This document shows positions 52,566 through 61,577 of a stretch of DNA of 64,000 nt, one piece after another. The DNA comes from Candidatus Eiseniibacteriota bacterium (lineage in GTDB: Bacteria; Eisenbacteria; RBG-16-71-46; CAIMUX01; VGJL01): contig CAWBWI010000006.1 in the NCBI GenBank assembly GCA_963792585.1, positions 576,001 to 640,000 of the forward strand. The letters run 5' to 3'. Under the pieces are notes generated by a model. The model was given only the letters and a program-made list of their open reading frames with translations. It was not told the DNA's origin and searched no databases. The stretch's first letter is position 1, and each line of letters starts with the position of its first letter. The position numbers were made by a program, and so were the translations under genes.

Positions 52566-53243
52566 ATGAGAATAGGGGTGCTCGCCTGCCTGAGCATCAC
52601 TCTTCTTCTCCCTGCGCGGGCGCAAGGGACCATTGAGGCGCAGCCGAAGCCGTTTCGTGGCGGATTCCAAATTGGGCTCAATGCCGCTCGCTTTGAGTTC
52701 CCCCATCCCGAGTACTTGCCACTTCCCCTCGACCACTACAAGTCCAGCAACTCATTTCGGGCGGGGTTAGTGGGAAATCTGTCGTTCGGAAGAGCCCCTT
52801 ATCTAGAATCCAGCATCCTCCTGAGTGTCAAAGGGATGAAGGCTGAAGACGTCGGTGGTATGGTCGGCGGCATAGGCGGGGAACAACAAGAGATTCGATA
52901 CGAACGTCACCGGCTCTACTACCTCTCACTGCCAATCACCGCGGGCTTCATCCTACCTACGGGGACTATTCGTCCCAGAATCTTCGCTGGCCCCGAGTTC
53001 AGCTACCTTCTGGCGGCCCGTTCCTCCACGAACCTGGGATCCGGCGACGTAAAATCGTTCTACCCGTCATCGGACTTCGGCCTAGTCGCGGGAGTCGGCG
53101 GTCTCGCGCATCTCGCGAACCAGACCATATCGCTCGATCTCGCATACACCTGGGGACTTACTGATCTCAACAACGGGGGCAACAGCGACGTTCATCACAT
53201 CTACAACCGAACGCTTTCCCTCACGATGGGGATCTGGCTATGA
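52566..53243 (+). CDS. Cassette 13: outer-membrane beta-barrel protein (PorT/porin-family-like)
   Basis: Signal peptide; G..GLN, KG, YLSLP, AGPEFSYLL, DFGL..G.G, Y.WGLTD, NR.LSL. Confidence 0.82.
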   Translation: MRIGVLACLSITLLLPARAQGTIEAQPKPFRGGFQIGLNAARFEFPHPEYLPLPLDHYKSSNSFRAGLVGNLSFGRAPYLESSILLSVKGMKAEDVGGMVGGIGGEQQEIRYERHRLYYLSLPITAGFILPTGTIRPRIFAGPEFSYLLAARSSTNLGSGDVKSFYPSSDFGLVAGVGGLAHLANQTISLDLAYTWGLTDLNNGGNSDVHHIYNRTLSLTMGIWL

Positions 53244-53259
53244 GCCTCTGCGTGCTCCA

Positions 53260-53390
53260 ACATAACAGCCGCATTCACCTGACGCGCTGGGCCGTCACGG
53301 CCCTGGCAGAGAAGCATAGAGGGCAAGACCATCACCCGGGGCTGCCAGGTCCGCGCCGGCCACAGCCCGCAGGTGATGCGAACGTTAGGC
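53260..53390 (+). repeat. attC13 (type A)
   Basis: ACATAAC..GTTAGGC. Confidence 0.92.
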
Positions 53391-53419
53391 CTCGTGTTGG
53401 CGTTCGAGCCTGCGTTGTC

Positions 53420-53974
53420 GTGCTCTTTCTCATCGTGTCGGCAATTGGGTGGTCGTTCGCTGATGCTCAGGATCCCCGCGACGCTTTCGACGGCTGCGGC
53501 GAGCTCGTCGACTGGAGCGGCTGCAGGTACCTCTACTCATACGACCAAGATGTCAATCTCCTTCTTGCTGACTTCGGTGGCTATGTCGCTGGAGATACAG
53601 TTCACGTCGTCGGCACAGCGAGCATCACCTTCGAGTCCTGCGCGGGAAGCCCCTTCTACTGGCGCCTCACCCCCAGCTCCATCACTCGGTGTCTTCCGTC
53701 CGACCTCGGGTGCGGAGTAATCGTTGGCAGCTTGGCCGCCGGGTGCTCGTACTGGTCCTCTGAAGCATATGGAAAACTCGACCTGCTTGACCGCCACGGG
53801 TTCGCGCCCGGTGACACGGTTCACGTGAGCGGGGTTGTGTGCTGGTGCGGGGGCCAGACATGTCATCCGTTTGGGGATGGTGAGATACGCGGTGAGAGGC
53901 TCAGAGCGTGTAGTGACTCGCTTAGCGCAGTCGTACCCCTTACGTGGGGACGGGTGCGAATGTTGTTCCGTTAG
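53420..53974 (+). CDS. Cassette 14: copy 2 of the cassette 10 protein
   Basis: About 5 nt differences from cassette 10. Confidence 0.75.
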   Translation: MLFLIVSAIGWSFADAQDPRDAFDGCGELVDWSGCRYLYSYDQDVNLLLADFGGYVAGDTVHVVGTASITFESCAGSPFYWRLTPSSITRCLPSDLGCGVIVGSLAAGCSYWSSEAYGKLDLLDRHGFAPGDTVHVSGVVCWCGGQTCHPFGDGEIRGERLRACSDSLSAVVPLTWGRVRMLFR

Positions 53975-53983
53975 GAGGACGAT

Positions 53984-54114
53984 GCCTAACTGCCGCATTC
54001 ACCTGACGCGCTGGGCCGTCACGGCTCTGGCAGAGAAGCATAGAAGGCAAGACCATCACCCGGGGCTGCCAGGGCCGCGCCGGCCTCAGCCCGCAGGTGA
54101 TGCGAACGTTAGGA
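53984..54114 (+). repeat. attC14 (type A)
   Basis: GCCTAAC..GTTAGGA. Confidence 0.92.
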
Positions 54115-54560
54115 GGCACGACAGCTTGAGTAGCAATTTGCTCGAGGACGTTTGAAGGGCCGATCCTGTGGGCCTTCGCTCTTGCGGAAGGGTCGGATGC
54201 CATCCATCCAGCCGAATCGTTGACTACGCTGAATCCACTGCGGCCGGATGGTGCTCCTCCCCCTCCAATGAAAAACCTGCTCTTTGACCCCGACTCAGAC
54301 GCCTCCAAGCCCTTGTGGCCCAAGCGAATCCACTTCAAACGAAGCCCACTTTCAATTTGGTCGTGCCTGGACTCGGTGGTAGGCTTGATGCGCACAGCGG
54401 ATGCGGAAGATTGAAACGACGGGGAATCGCTGGTGCAGGAATCCGGGGGCCGCGCGATGAGCAAGGTGCCCATTATCTCTTCCTCGACCTCATCCTCTCC
54501 ATCCACGAGTGGATCCACACCTTCGTACTTGCCAATCAAGAAGGGCGTTCAAGGCGTTCC
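54115..54560. other. Cassette 15: gene-less cassette family 2, copy 2
   Basis: Near-identical to cassette 12. Confidence 0.55.
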
Positions 54561-54691
54561 TCCTAACAGCCGCATTCACCTGACGCGCTGGGCCGTCACG
54601 GCCCTGGCAGAGAAGCATAGAAAGCAAGACCATCGCCCCGGGCTGCCAGGGCCGCGCCAGCCACAGCCCGCAGGTGATGCGAACGTTGGGC
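54561..54691 (+). repeat. attC15 (type A)
   Basis: TCCTAAC..GTTGGGC. Confidence 0.92.
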
Positions 54692-54764
54692 ATACTGGTT
54701 GCAGCTCTTCCTCACGACGTAAGAACTGGCAACCGTCATGGCCACATGCTGAAGGAGAGGAGCG

Positions 54765-55442
54765 ATGAGCGGTCTTCGGACCCTAGTAGCAACGACCTTC
54801 CCAGCGATTCTCTTGCTTCTGGTCGCAGCCAATCGCTCTATAGCTGATCCCCCACCCGGTGACACCTGTGCGTTCCCGATCTCCGTACCGGCCGGATACT
54901 ACTGGGCGTACTCCGGCGATCTCGCGCTGTTTGCAAACGACTATGATCCTGGTGTTCCAGGTCCAAGCTGCACCGGACTTCCCGCACCTGGGAAGGATGC
55001 TGTCTTCGCCATCGAGATGCACTGCGGCGAGTGGCTCAACGTCTTCCTGGAACCGACCAGATTCGACGGCGCTCTGTATATCGTCACGGACTGCGCCGAC
55101 CCTTCAGGCACTTGCGTATCAGGCTCGGACGAGGAGGGCTCGGGCGCGTCTGAGAACGCGGGGATGGAAGTATTCACAAGTCAGACCTACTACGTCATCG
55201 TCGACGCCCGCGATGCTGGCGCCAGCGGTATGTTTGACATCTCTTTCGACATCGGCTTCTGGGATATCCCGCCCGGCGCGTGCTGTTTTCCGGACGGGCA
55301 TTGCGAGATTATCCACGTTGATTTCTGCTCAGAGGCTGGGGGTATCACACAGGGGCCGTGTGTCCCATGCGATCCCAATCCATGTGATCCTACGCCGGTG
55401 CTAGAGCAGACCTGGGGAGCAATAAGGGCGCGGTACCGGTGA
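54765..55442 (+). CDS. Cassette 16: secreted PPC-like domain plus Cys-rich (GACC) module with TWG motif
   Basis: Signal peptide; GDTC..P, D..LY, TYYVIVD, GACCFPDG.C..CDPNPC; ends TWGAIRARYR. Confidence 0.8.
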   Translation: MSGLRTLVATTFPAILLLLVAANRSIADPPPGDTCAFPISVPAGYYWAYSGDLALFANDYDPGVPGPSCTGLPAPGKDAVFAIEMHCGEWLNVFLEPTRFDGALYIVTDCADPSGTCVSGSDEEGSGASENAGMEVFTSQTYYVIVDARDAGASGMFDISFDIGFWDIPPGACCFPDGHCEIIHVDFCSEAGGITQGPCVPCDPNPCDPTPVLEQTWGAIRARYR

Positions 55443-55458
55443 GCGGAGAAGCCAGAAT

Positions 55459-55589
55459 GCCCAACAGCCGCATTCACCTGGCGCGCTGGGCCGTCACGGC
55501 CCTGGCAGAGGAGCATAGAAGGCAAGACTATCGCCCCGGGCTGCCAGGGCCGCGCCGGCCTCAGCCCGCAGGTGATGCGAACGTTAGGC
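55459..55589 (+). repeat. attC16 (type A)
   Basis: GCCCAAC..GTTAGGC. Confidence 0.92.
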
Positions 55590-55692
55590 CCACTCTGGAA
55601 GCCGATGTGACTGCCTTGCGGAGCATCCAGATAGCCGGGCCTGGGTCGACTAACTCAGGGGACGCATTCCCAGGAGTCCTTGATCTCCCGGG

Positions 55693-56715
55693 ATGAACGG
55701 AGGCACGCCCATGGGCCGGAGGACTCTGCTGACTCTGGTAGCACTCTCACTGGGGTATGCGATGCCCCCCGATGTCTCGCATTCGCAGCTTCTGGAAAGC
55801 GCTCTCTCGACAACAGCAAGGCCGTTTCAGGGGGAACTCGATTGCGCGAGCGCTCCGCACTTCTGCGAGGGATCCACGGACTTTCTGGAACTTGGAACCT
55901 ACGAGTTCGACGTCCAGCTGGGCGATATGAGTATTCAAGAGGCCCGCTTCAGCCTTAACTGGCCGGGGGACTGGCGCTTGGTCGAGTGGTCGAACTGCTC
56001 CTCGGCACGGGTCGACGGAGACTTGACCACCCCAGGGGGTGGGATCCACATGACTTTCGCTGATTGCGCACCACGAGGCGATACCGTCCTTCGGATCGTA
56101 CTCGAGTGCACCAGCCCAGGTCGATTCGCTTTGGGGGATCACCCAAGCGAAGGTCCAGCGGCCGCTCTCATCTGCCAAGGACCCGATTCGGGTTGGTACA
56201 CGGAGCCGAACTGGTGGCCTCACGTGGAGGTTGGCGACTACTGTGGAAGGGCCCCCGAGATCCCATGTGACGTTTGCGACCCGGGCGGTCTTGTCGGCTA
56301 CTTCGAACCCAACCAGACGAGCTTCGACCTTGAGATTGGTCAATCCACAGTCGACACATTGGACGTCCACGCCACAGCTGAGTGTTTCACTCTGCCTGAG
56401 TGCGGAGGGGGCAGTGTCCCTTGTGGATACTATAGCGGGCTCGATACCGACGTTGCCTGGATCCTCCTCCAACCCGTAGGAGGTGATCAGCGAAGGATGC
56501 AGCGCACAGTAACCGCGGCGGGCCTGGAGCCCGGAATCTACATGGCTCGCATCTGGATCGTGTCGGTCGGATGCTGCGGGTCATCGAATTGCGAAGAGGT
56601 CTCGCTCACCGTCCGACAGCCCCCCCGTGTCGAGGGCACCACCTGGGGGCTATTACGATGGAAGTTCAGGGTCCCCCCCTCCGTGGCGCAACCCGACTCA
56701 TCCACCGCCCGATGA
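55693..56715 (+). CDS. Cassette 17: secreted Cys-rich protein, BACON-like domain, sub-terminal TWG motif
   Basis: Signal peptide (alternative start 55711); TDVAWI..GLEPGIY; TTWGLLRWKFR followed by 14 residues. Confidence 0.75.
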   Translation: MNGGTPMGRRTLLTLVALSLGYAMPPDVSHSQLLESALSTTARPFQGELDCASAPHFCEGSTDFLELGTYEFDVQLGDMSIQEARFSLNWPGDWRLVEWSNCSSARVDGDLTTPGGGIHMTFADCAPRGDTVLRIVLECTSPGRFALGDHPSEGPAAALICQGPDSGWYTEPNWWPHVEVGDYCGRAPEIPCDVCDPGGLVGYFEPNQTSFDLEIGQSTVDTLDVHATAECFTLPECGGGSVPCGYYSGLDTDVAWILLQPVGGDQRRMQRTVTAAGLEPGIYMARIWIVSVGCCGSSNCEEVSLTVRQPPRVEGTTWGLLRWKFRVPPSVAQPDSSTAR

Positions 56716-56779
56716 GTTTCGTATCGAATGACCAGCTGACAGGCCCCCGAGGCCCAAGATGAACAAGAGGAGATGAGGT

Positions 56780-56910
56780 GCCTAACTACCGCATTCACCT
56801 GACGCGCTGGGCCGTCACGGCCCTGGCGAGGAAGCCAATGAAGATGAATCACCGCCTGCTGCCGCCAGGTCCGCGCCGGACCTCGCCCGCAGGTGACGCG
56901 AACGTTCTGC
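56780..56910 (+). repeat. attC17 (A/B hybrid)
   Basis: GCCTAAC..GTTCTGC; left arm type A, right arm type B. Confidence 0.88.
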
Positions 56911-56932
56911 GGATTGTGGGTCGCCGTGCCTC

Positions 56933-57346
56933 TTACAGCGTGGGAGGACTACGCCTGAGGAGAAGCCAGAGGCCTCTCGGGTCCACGATCCGAACGGGTG
57001 ACTTGGATGCCACCGCGAGCAGGTCGGCATCGCCCGTCACGAGCACATCTACCTGTGCCGCATTTGCACTGGCGAGTACCCATCGATCGTCGGGATCCCT
57101 AACCACGATCTCGGATTGGACCTTCGGTCGAGGCACGACTTCATGCTCCCTCAGGTACTCCTCGATGCTGTCGACCATGGCGGCGGGTAGCTTGAGTTTC
57201 GAGCGAAGCACCTTCCGAAGCTCTCGTAGCACGACCTCACCGAGAACCAATTCGTGCTCGGCAAGGACATGCCGAAGCACGTCGGCACACAGCCCTCGTG
57301 TGGCAAATGCGCTGACGAGAACGTTCGTGTCGAGGAAGATCCTCAC
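56933..57346 (-). CDS. Cassette 18: PIN-domain (VapC-like) toxin
   Basis: IFLDTNVLVSA, RDPDD, LVTGD.DLL. Confidence 0.92.
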   Translation of the reverse strand: MRIFLDTNVLVSAFATRGLCADVLRHVLAEHELVLGEVVLRELRKVLRSKLKLPAAMVDSIEEYLREHEVVPRPKVQSEIVVRDPDDRWVLASANAAQVDVLVTGDADLLAVASKSPVRIVDPRGLWLLLRRSPPTL

Positions 57347-57561
57347 GAGACCTCTCGGGTTATGTCCTCGTCTGTCAGATACCCCCGTGCCTCTGCAAAC
57401 GGGAGTACTTGCCTCCGGAGTTGCTCGAATCGAAGCAACTTCAGCTGGCGTTGAAGCGCTTCCCGAACGATCTCACTCCGCGTCCGGCCCGTCTGTTCTG
57501 CAAGCCGGTCAAGGAGTTGGCTTAGGCTGGGATCCAGCCGGATGGTGATGGAGTCGCTCAT
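57343..57561 (-). CDS. Cassette 18: ribbon-helix-helix antitoxin
   Basis: ITIRLD..L...LD.LA...GRTRSEIVREAL; GTGA overlap with toxin. Confidence 0.88.
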   Translation of the reverse strand: MSDSITIRLDPSLSQLLDRLAEQTGRTRSEIVREALQRQLKLLRFEQLRRQVLPFAEARGYLTDEDITREVS

Positions 57562-57597
57562 GTATGACAGTGTAAGACACCACCCGAGACCTGTCAA
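57562..57597 (-). promoter_or_regulatory. Sigma70-type promoter of the TA cassette
   Basis: TTGACA-N17-TACACT, 7 nt before the antitoxin ATG; GTCTTAC/GTCATAC repeats overlap the -10. Confidence 0.8.
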
Positions 57598-57603
57598 TAG
57601 CCC

Positions 57604-57734
57604 GCAGAACTGCCGCATTCACCTGACGCGCTGGGCCGTCACGGCCCTGGCAGGAAACCATAGAAGGCAAGATCATCGCCCCGGGCCGCCAGGGCCGCGC
57701 CGGCCTCAGCCCGCAGGTGATGCGAACGTAATCT
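57604..57734 (+). repeat. attC18 (type A) with non-canonical core GTAATCT
   Basis: GCAGAAC..GTAATCT. Confidence 0.85.
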
Positions 57735-57759
57735 CTTCCCTAGAAGGTCCTCCTTGGAG

Positions 57760-58290
57760 ATGAGTCGATTTCCCCAGAATCTTGGTTCACCCAATGGGCT
57801 CGCCCTTCTGTTGGTGGCTGTCCTTATGCTTGCCTGTGGTGGTGATCACCACGAGAGCGTCTTCAGCCCGGTGCGCGAGCTTCACGGCCAATGCTTCGGG
57901 GGTACTGACTGCTCAATGTCGTCGGTTCGCGCTTGCCTTGATCTCGACACCGGCAATCTGCCAAGCATGAATCAGGGCAGGTCAGCGATCCTTCTCCGAG
58001 GTCGGGCTCCTCATCGAACTGACTGGCGCGACTTCATCCCGCTAGATTTTGATGGGATGCTTCCAGCTGAAGTAGACCCTGGCGCGAAGTTCCAATCCGG
58101 CTGGAAGGTGAGCGTTCGTGGCGCCAGGATCGAGTACTGCCAGACGTGTTATACCAACTCGGGGCTAGCTGAACTCATCAGCCTCCGCGCCCCTCTTGAC
58201 TCACTTCGCTTCATTTACGATCCGGCCGATACAGTACGTCTATTCGTCGAAGTGTTCCAAACGGCTCCGCTGACTGAATTGGAGAGATAA
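57760..58290 (+). CDS. Cassette 19: putative lipoprotein
   Basis: Lipobox MLAC; stop codon lies inside attC19. Confidence 0.7.
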   Translation: MSRFPQNLGSPNGLALLLVAVLMLACGGDHHESVFSPVRELHGQCFGGTDCSMSSVRACLDLDTGNLPSMNQGRSAILLRGRAPHRTDWRDFIPLDFDGMLPAEVDPGAKFQSGWKVSVRGARIEYCQTCYTNSGLAELISLRAPLDSLRFIYDPADTVRLFVEVFQTAPLTELER

Positions 58291-58415
58291 CAGCCGCGTT
58301 CACCTGCCGGGCGGGTCCGTCACGGCCCTGGCGAGGAGGCCAATGAAGATGAATCACCACCCGATGCCGCCAGGTCCGCGCCGGACCTCGCCCGCAGGTG
58401 ACGCGAACGTTAGCT
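58285..58415 (+). repeat. attC19 (type B)
   Basis: AGATAAC..GTTAGCT. Confidence 0.9.
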
Positions 58416-58465
58416 TTTCATCGTCAAGCCCTGCAGCCTTACAAACGACCCCGCGACTATCGCCT

Positions 58466-59668
58466 ATGCTTCTCTCGTCCGCACTGGTCATCGGGTTCTT
58501 CGCCGCCTTGTCGTATCTCCTCCAGGCGCGGGTCCCCTTCATCTCCAGCCGCCTCGATGTTTGGCTCGGAACCGATATCGGACGATTCACCTCAATCTGG
58601 ATGCTGGGCGGCCACGCTCGATTCCATCTACATCCACTTCCGTTCGCAATCTACTACCTCTTCGGCGCCATCGTCCGCCTCTTCGGCCTATCCCCGCTCG
58701 ATCTGCCACTACCCATCTTGGCCCTTCCCGTAATTGCAATCGTTACGGCGTGTTTGCAGGTCGGAAGTACCCAGATCGGATCGGCGTACTTGCCACATCG
58801 CCCAATCATGGCTCGAACCCTCGTCGTCGTCGCCTTACTCATTGGTCCTGCCCTTGCATTCCTGCCGGTTCCGGAGAGTCATATGATGGGTGGCGCGTTT
58901 CTGTTTTTCGAAGGGGCCCTTGTCCTGCGGGTCTTGCGATCCGGTATCGATCCGCTCGACAATGGCCGTTCTCGCCACTACATGAGGGCAGCCACTGTTG
59001 TCGCCCTACTAAGTGCCACCTGCACCATCACGAACATCGTGCCCGCGCTTCTGCTCTTGATGCCGGCCGTCGCGGCCGCCGGTCACGTCCGCATCCGAGG
59101 CGGGCGATTCGGTATCGCATTCCTGGGCGTCGCCATTCTCGCGATCTTGCTGTTGATCCGAACTCCTGTCTTGGTGCTTCTGAAACACGAAAGCGGCGCA
59201 ATGACGGTCATCAGCGTGGCGTCCATAGCACGGAGCTTTCTGGGGCTCACCATCCAACAGTTTGGCATTCCGGACTTGCGGACTTACACTGCCGACCATC
59301 TCCGACCCGACCTTGTTCGGATCCTTCCCGTCCGAAGTGCATCCGTCATTTCGGTGCTGGGTTTCTTAGCCTGGATTGCAGCACTCTGCCAGTGGTGGCA
59401 CGTCCGCACTCGTGGCACCGCCGACCGGGCGTTCCTGGTCTGGGCCGGGCTCGCGCTTGGTTCGTTGCTTCTCCTCCACTCCGTCTACGCAAGCCGCGAA
59501 GCTTACCTGTTCTCGGCGCATGCGTGGCCGATCTTCGTTCTTTCGACCCAGATGTTCCTTCTCGACGGGCTCGGGCAAGCTCGGCCGATTCGAATGCTCT
59601 TGCCATGCCTCGTAGTGGTCATGTCCGTCGTTCAGTCCCTTCTCGTCATGACCAGGGTGTTTGCTTAG
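58466..59668 (+). CDS. Cassette 20: polytopic membrane protein (possibly GT-C-like)
   Basis: About 10 hydrophobic helices; HPL, VPESH, EAYLFSAH; start uncertain. Confidence 0.65.
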   Translation: MLLSSALVIGFFAALSYLLQARVPFISSRLDVWLGTDIGRFTSIWMLGGHARFHLHPLPFAIYYLFGAIVRLFGLSPLDLPLPILALPVIAIVTACLQVGSTQIGSAYLPHRPIMARTLVVVALLIGPALAFLPVPESHMMGGAFLFFEGALVLRVLRSGIDPLDNGRSRHYMRAATVVALLSATCTITNIVPALLLLMPAVAAAGHVRIRGGRFGIAFLGVAILAILLLIRTPVLVLLKHESGAMTVISVASIARSFLGLTIQQFGIPDLRTYTADHLRPDLVRILPVRSASVISVLGFLAWIAALCQWWHVRTRGTADRAFLVWAGLALGSLLLLHSVYASREAYLFSAHAWPIFVLSTQMFLLDGLGQARPIRMLLPCLVVVMSVVQSLLVMTRVFA

Positions 59669-59712
59669 ATTGAGGAGTGGGCCAATGACAGCAGGGAGCA
59701 TCAGAGGATGAA

Positions 59713-59843
59713 AGCTAACAGCCGCGTTCACCTGTCGGGCGGCTCCGTCACGGCCCTGGCGAGGAAGCGAATGAAGATGAATCACCACTTGGTGCCGCCA
59801 GGTCCGCGCCGGACCTCGCCCACAGGTGATGCGAACGTTAGGC
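59713..59843 (+). repeat. attC20 (type B)
   Basis: AGCTAAC..GTTAGGC. Confidence 0.9.
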
Positions 59844-59872
59844 TTCGTGTTGGCGTTCGAGCCTCCGTTGTC

Positions 59873-60427
59873 ATGCTCTTTCTAGTCGTCTCGGCAATTG
59901 GGTGGTCGTTCGCTGATGCTCAGGATCCTCGCGATGCATTCGACGGCTGCGGCGAGCTCGTCGAATGGAACGGCTGCAGGTACTTCTACTCATACGACCA
60001 ATTTCCGAATCTCCTTCTTGATAATTTCGGTGGCTATGTCGCTGGAGATACAGTTCATGTCGTCGGCACGGCGAGCATCGCTTTCGAGTCCTGCGCGGGA
60101 ATCCCCTTCTACTGGCGCCTCGCCCCCAGTTCCATCACTCGGTGTCTCCCGTCCGACCTCGGCTGCGGAGTCATCGTTGGCAGCTTGGACGGAGGGTGCA
60201 CCTACTGGTCATCTACAGAACATGGGAAACTCGACTTGCTTGACCGCCACGGGTTCGCGCCCGGTGACACTGTTCACGTGAGCGGGATTGTATGCTGGTG
60301 TGGGGGCCAGACATGTCATCCATTTGGGGATGGGCAGATATTCAGTGAGAGGCTGAGAGCGTGTAGTGACTCACTTAACGCAGTCGTATCCCTGACGTGG
60401 GGAAGGGTGCGAATGTTGTTCCGTTAG
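59873..60427 (+). CDS. Cassette 21: diverged copy 3 of the cassette 10 protein
   Basis: Same length, multiple substitutions, Cys residues and TWGRVRMLFR retained. Confidence 0.78.
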   Translation: MLFLVVSAIGWSFADAQDPRDAFDGCGELVEWNGCRYFYSYDQFPNLLLDNFGGYVAGDTVHVVGTASIAFESCAGIPFYWRLAPSSITRCLPSDLGCGVIVGSLDGGCTYWSSTEHGKLDLLDRHGFAPGDTVHVSGIVCWCGGQTCHPFGDGQIFSERLRACSDSLNAVVSLTWGRVRMLFR

Positions 60428-60436
60428 GAGGACGAT

Positions 60437-60567
60437 GCCTAACAACCGCATTCACCTGACGCGCTGGGCCGTCACGGCCCTGGCAGAGAAGCATAGAAGG
60501 CTCGACCATCATCCCGGGTTGCCAGGGCCGCGCCGGCCTCAGCTCGCAGGTGATGCGAACGTTAGAC
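60437..60567 (+). repeat. attC21 (type A)
   Basis: GCCTAAC..GTTAGAC. Confidence 0.92.
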
Positions 60568-60587
60568 GTCTCTTGAGGGAGGAGCAC

Positions 60588-61097
60588 ATGTCTCGCGGTC
60601 GTCCCAGCAGGTTCGCCCAGTGCGTCACGCTCTTGATCTTGGTCATCATCCCATCGCTTGCCCTCTCGGCTAGCTGGCATGCGTTCATGGTCGGAGACAA
60701 GGTTGTTCCGCCGGTTGACACTTCGTCTGCTGGCGAAGCCGGCGCCACGTTCGCCCCCGACGACACGTGTGGTGACAGTCTCTATGTCTTCGCATCTTTC
60801 TTTCTTCAGGAAGGGGTCCCGGTGGCATGGGAGTTCCACCTTGGTAGTCCCGAGGAGAATACGCCCAGCATGGCACGAACGACCAGCTTCGTGCGGGACG
60901 AGTATGGCGTTTACCAATGTTCCATGCGGGTACCTTTCGATGGGTCATCGACTAAGTGTGACAGTCTCGATCAGGGACTCACGTATGGCATCCTCACGAC
61001 GTCGAGCCATCCTGATGGCGAGATCAGGGGTTACTTTGAGCGCGTGAGCCCTGTGTCTCAAGTGACCTGGGGCAGCATCCGACGGAACTTCCGATGA
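60588..61097 (+). CDS. Cassette 22: secreted CHRD-domain protein with TWG motif
   Basis: RBS GGAGG; VVPPVDTS.AG.A.A, FHLG, HPDGEIRG; ends TWGSIRRNFR. Confidence 0.8.
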   Translation: MSRGRPSRFAQCVTLLILVIIPSLALSASWHAFMVGDKVVPPVDTSSAGEAGATFAPDDTCGDSLYVFASFFLQEGVPVAWEFHLGSPEENTPSMARTTSFVRDEYGVYQCSMRVPFDGSSTKCDSLDQGLTYGILTTSSHPDGEIRGYFERVSPVSQVTWGSIRRNFR

Positions 61098-61107
61098 CTG
61101 CCCTCAC

Positions 61108-61238
61108 GTCTAACAGCCGCGTTCACCTGCCGGGCGGCTCCGTCACGGCCCTGGCGAGGAAGCCAATGAAGATGAATCACCGCGCCGTGCCGCCAGGTCC
61201 GCGCCGGACCTCGCCCGCAGGTGACGCGAACGTTAGAA
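61108..61238 (+). repeat. attC22 (type B)
   Basis: GTCTAAC..GTTAGAA. Confidence 0.9.
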
Positions 61239-61577
61239 GGTCTTTCACCAACGCCGAAGAATTCGCGATGTTCTCAGACGCTCCTGCCTGTCGTCAGCAT
61301 GTCGGCCGGTGTCGAGCCTCCTCGCGCTGCAATCACACCGCCGATGACTTCGGCTGCCGCATCCCAGTGCCCTTTCCAACTAGCCAGGGCATTTCAAAAG
61401 CCGGCGGCGGCATGCCTGAGCTCTCTGAAGCGCCCTCAGCATCCATCACGCCACGTCCAATCGAGCTTCAGATGCATAGAGCTGCCGATCATGCAGACGG
61501 ATCCAATAGTGGAATTGCCGCCACCGGTCGCCATCACACGAAACTGGGTGGCCATCATTCACCGGGTGAGGAAGCCG
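61239..61577. other. Cassette 23: gene-less cassette family 1, copy 3
   Basis: Homolog of cassettes 3 and 5. Confidence 0.65.
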
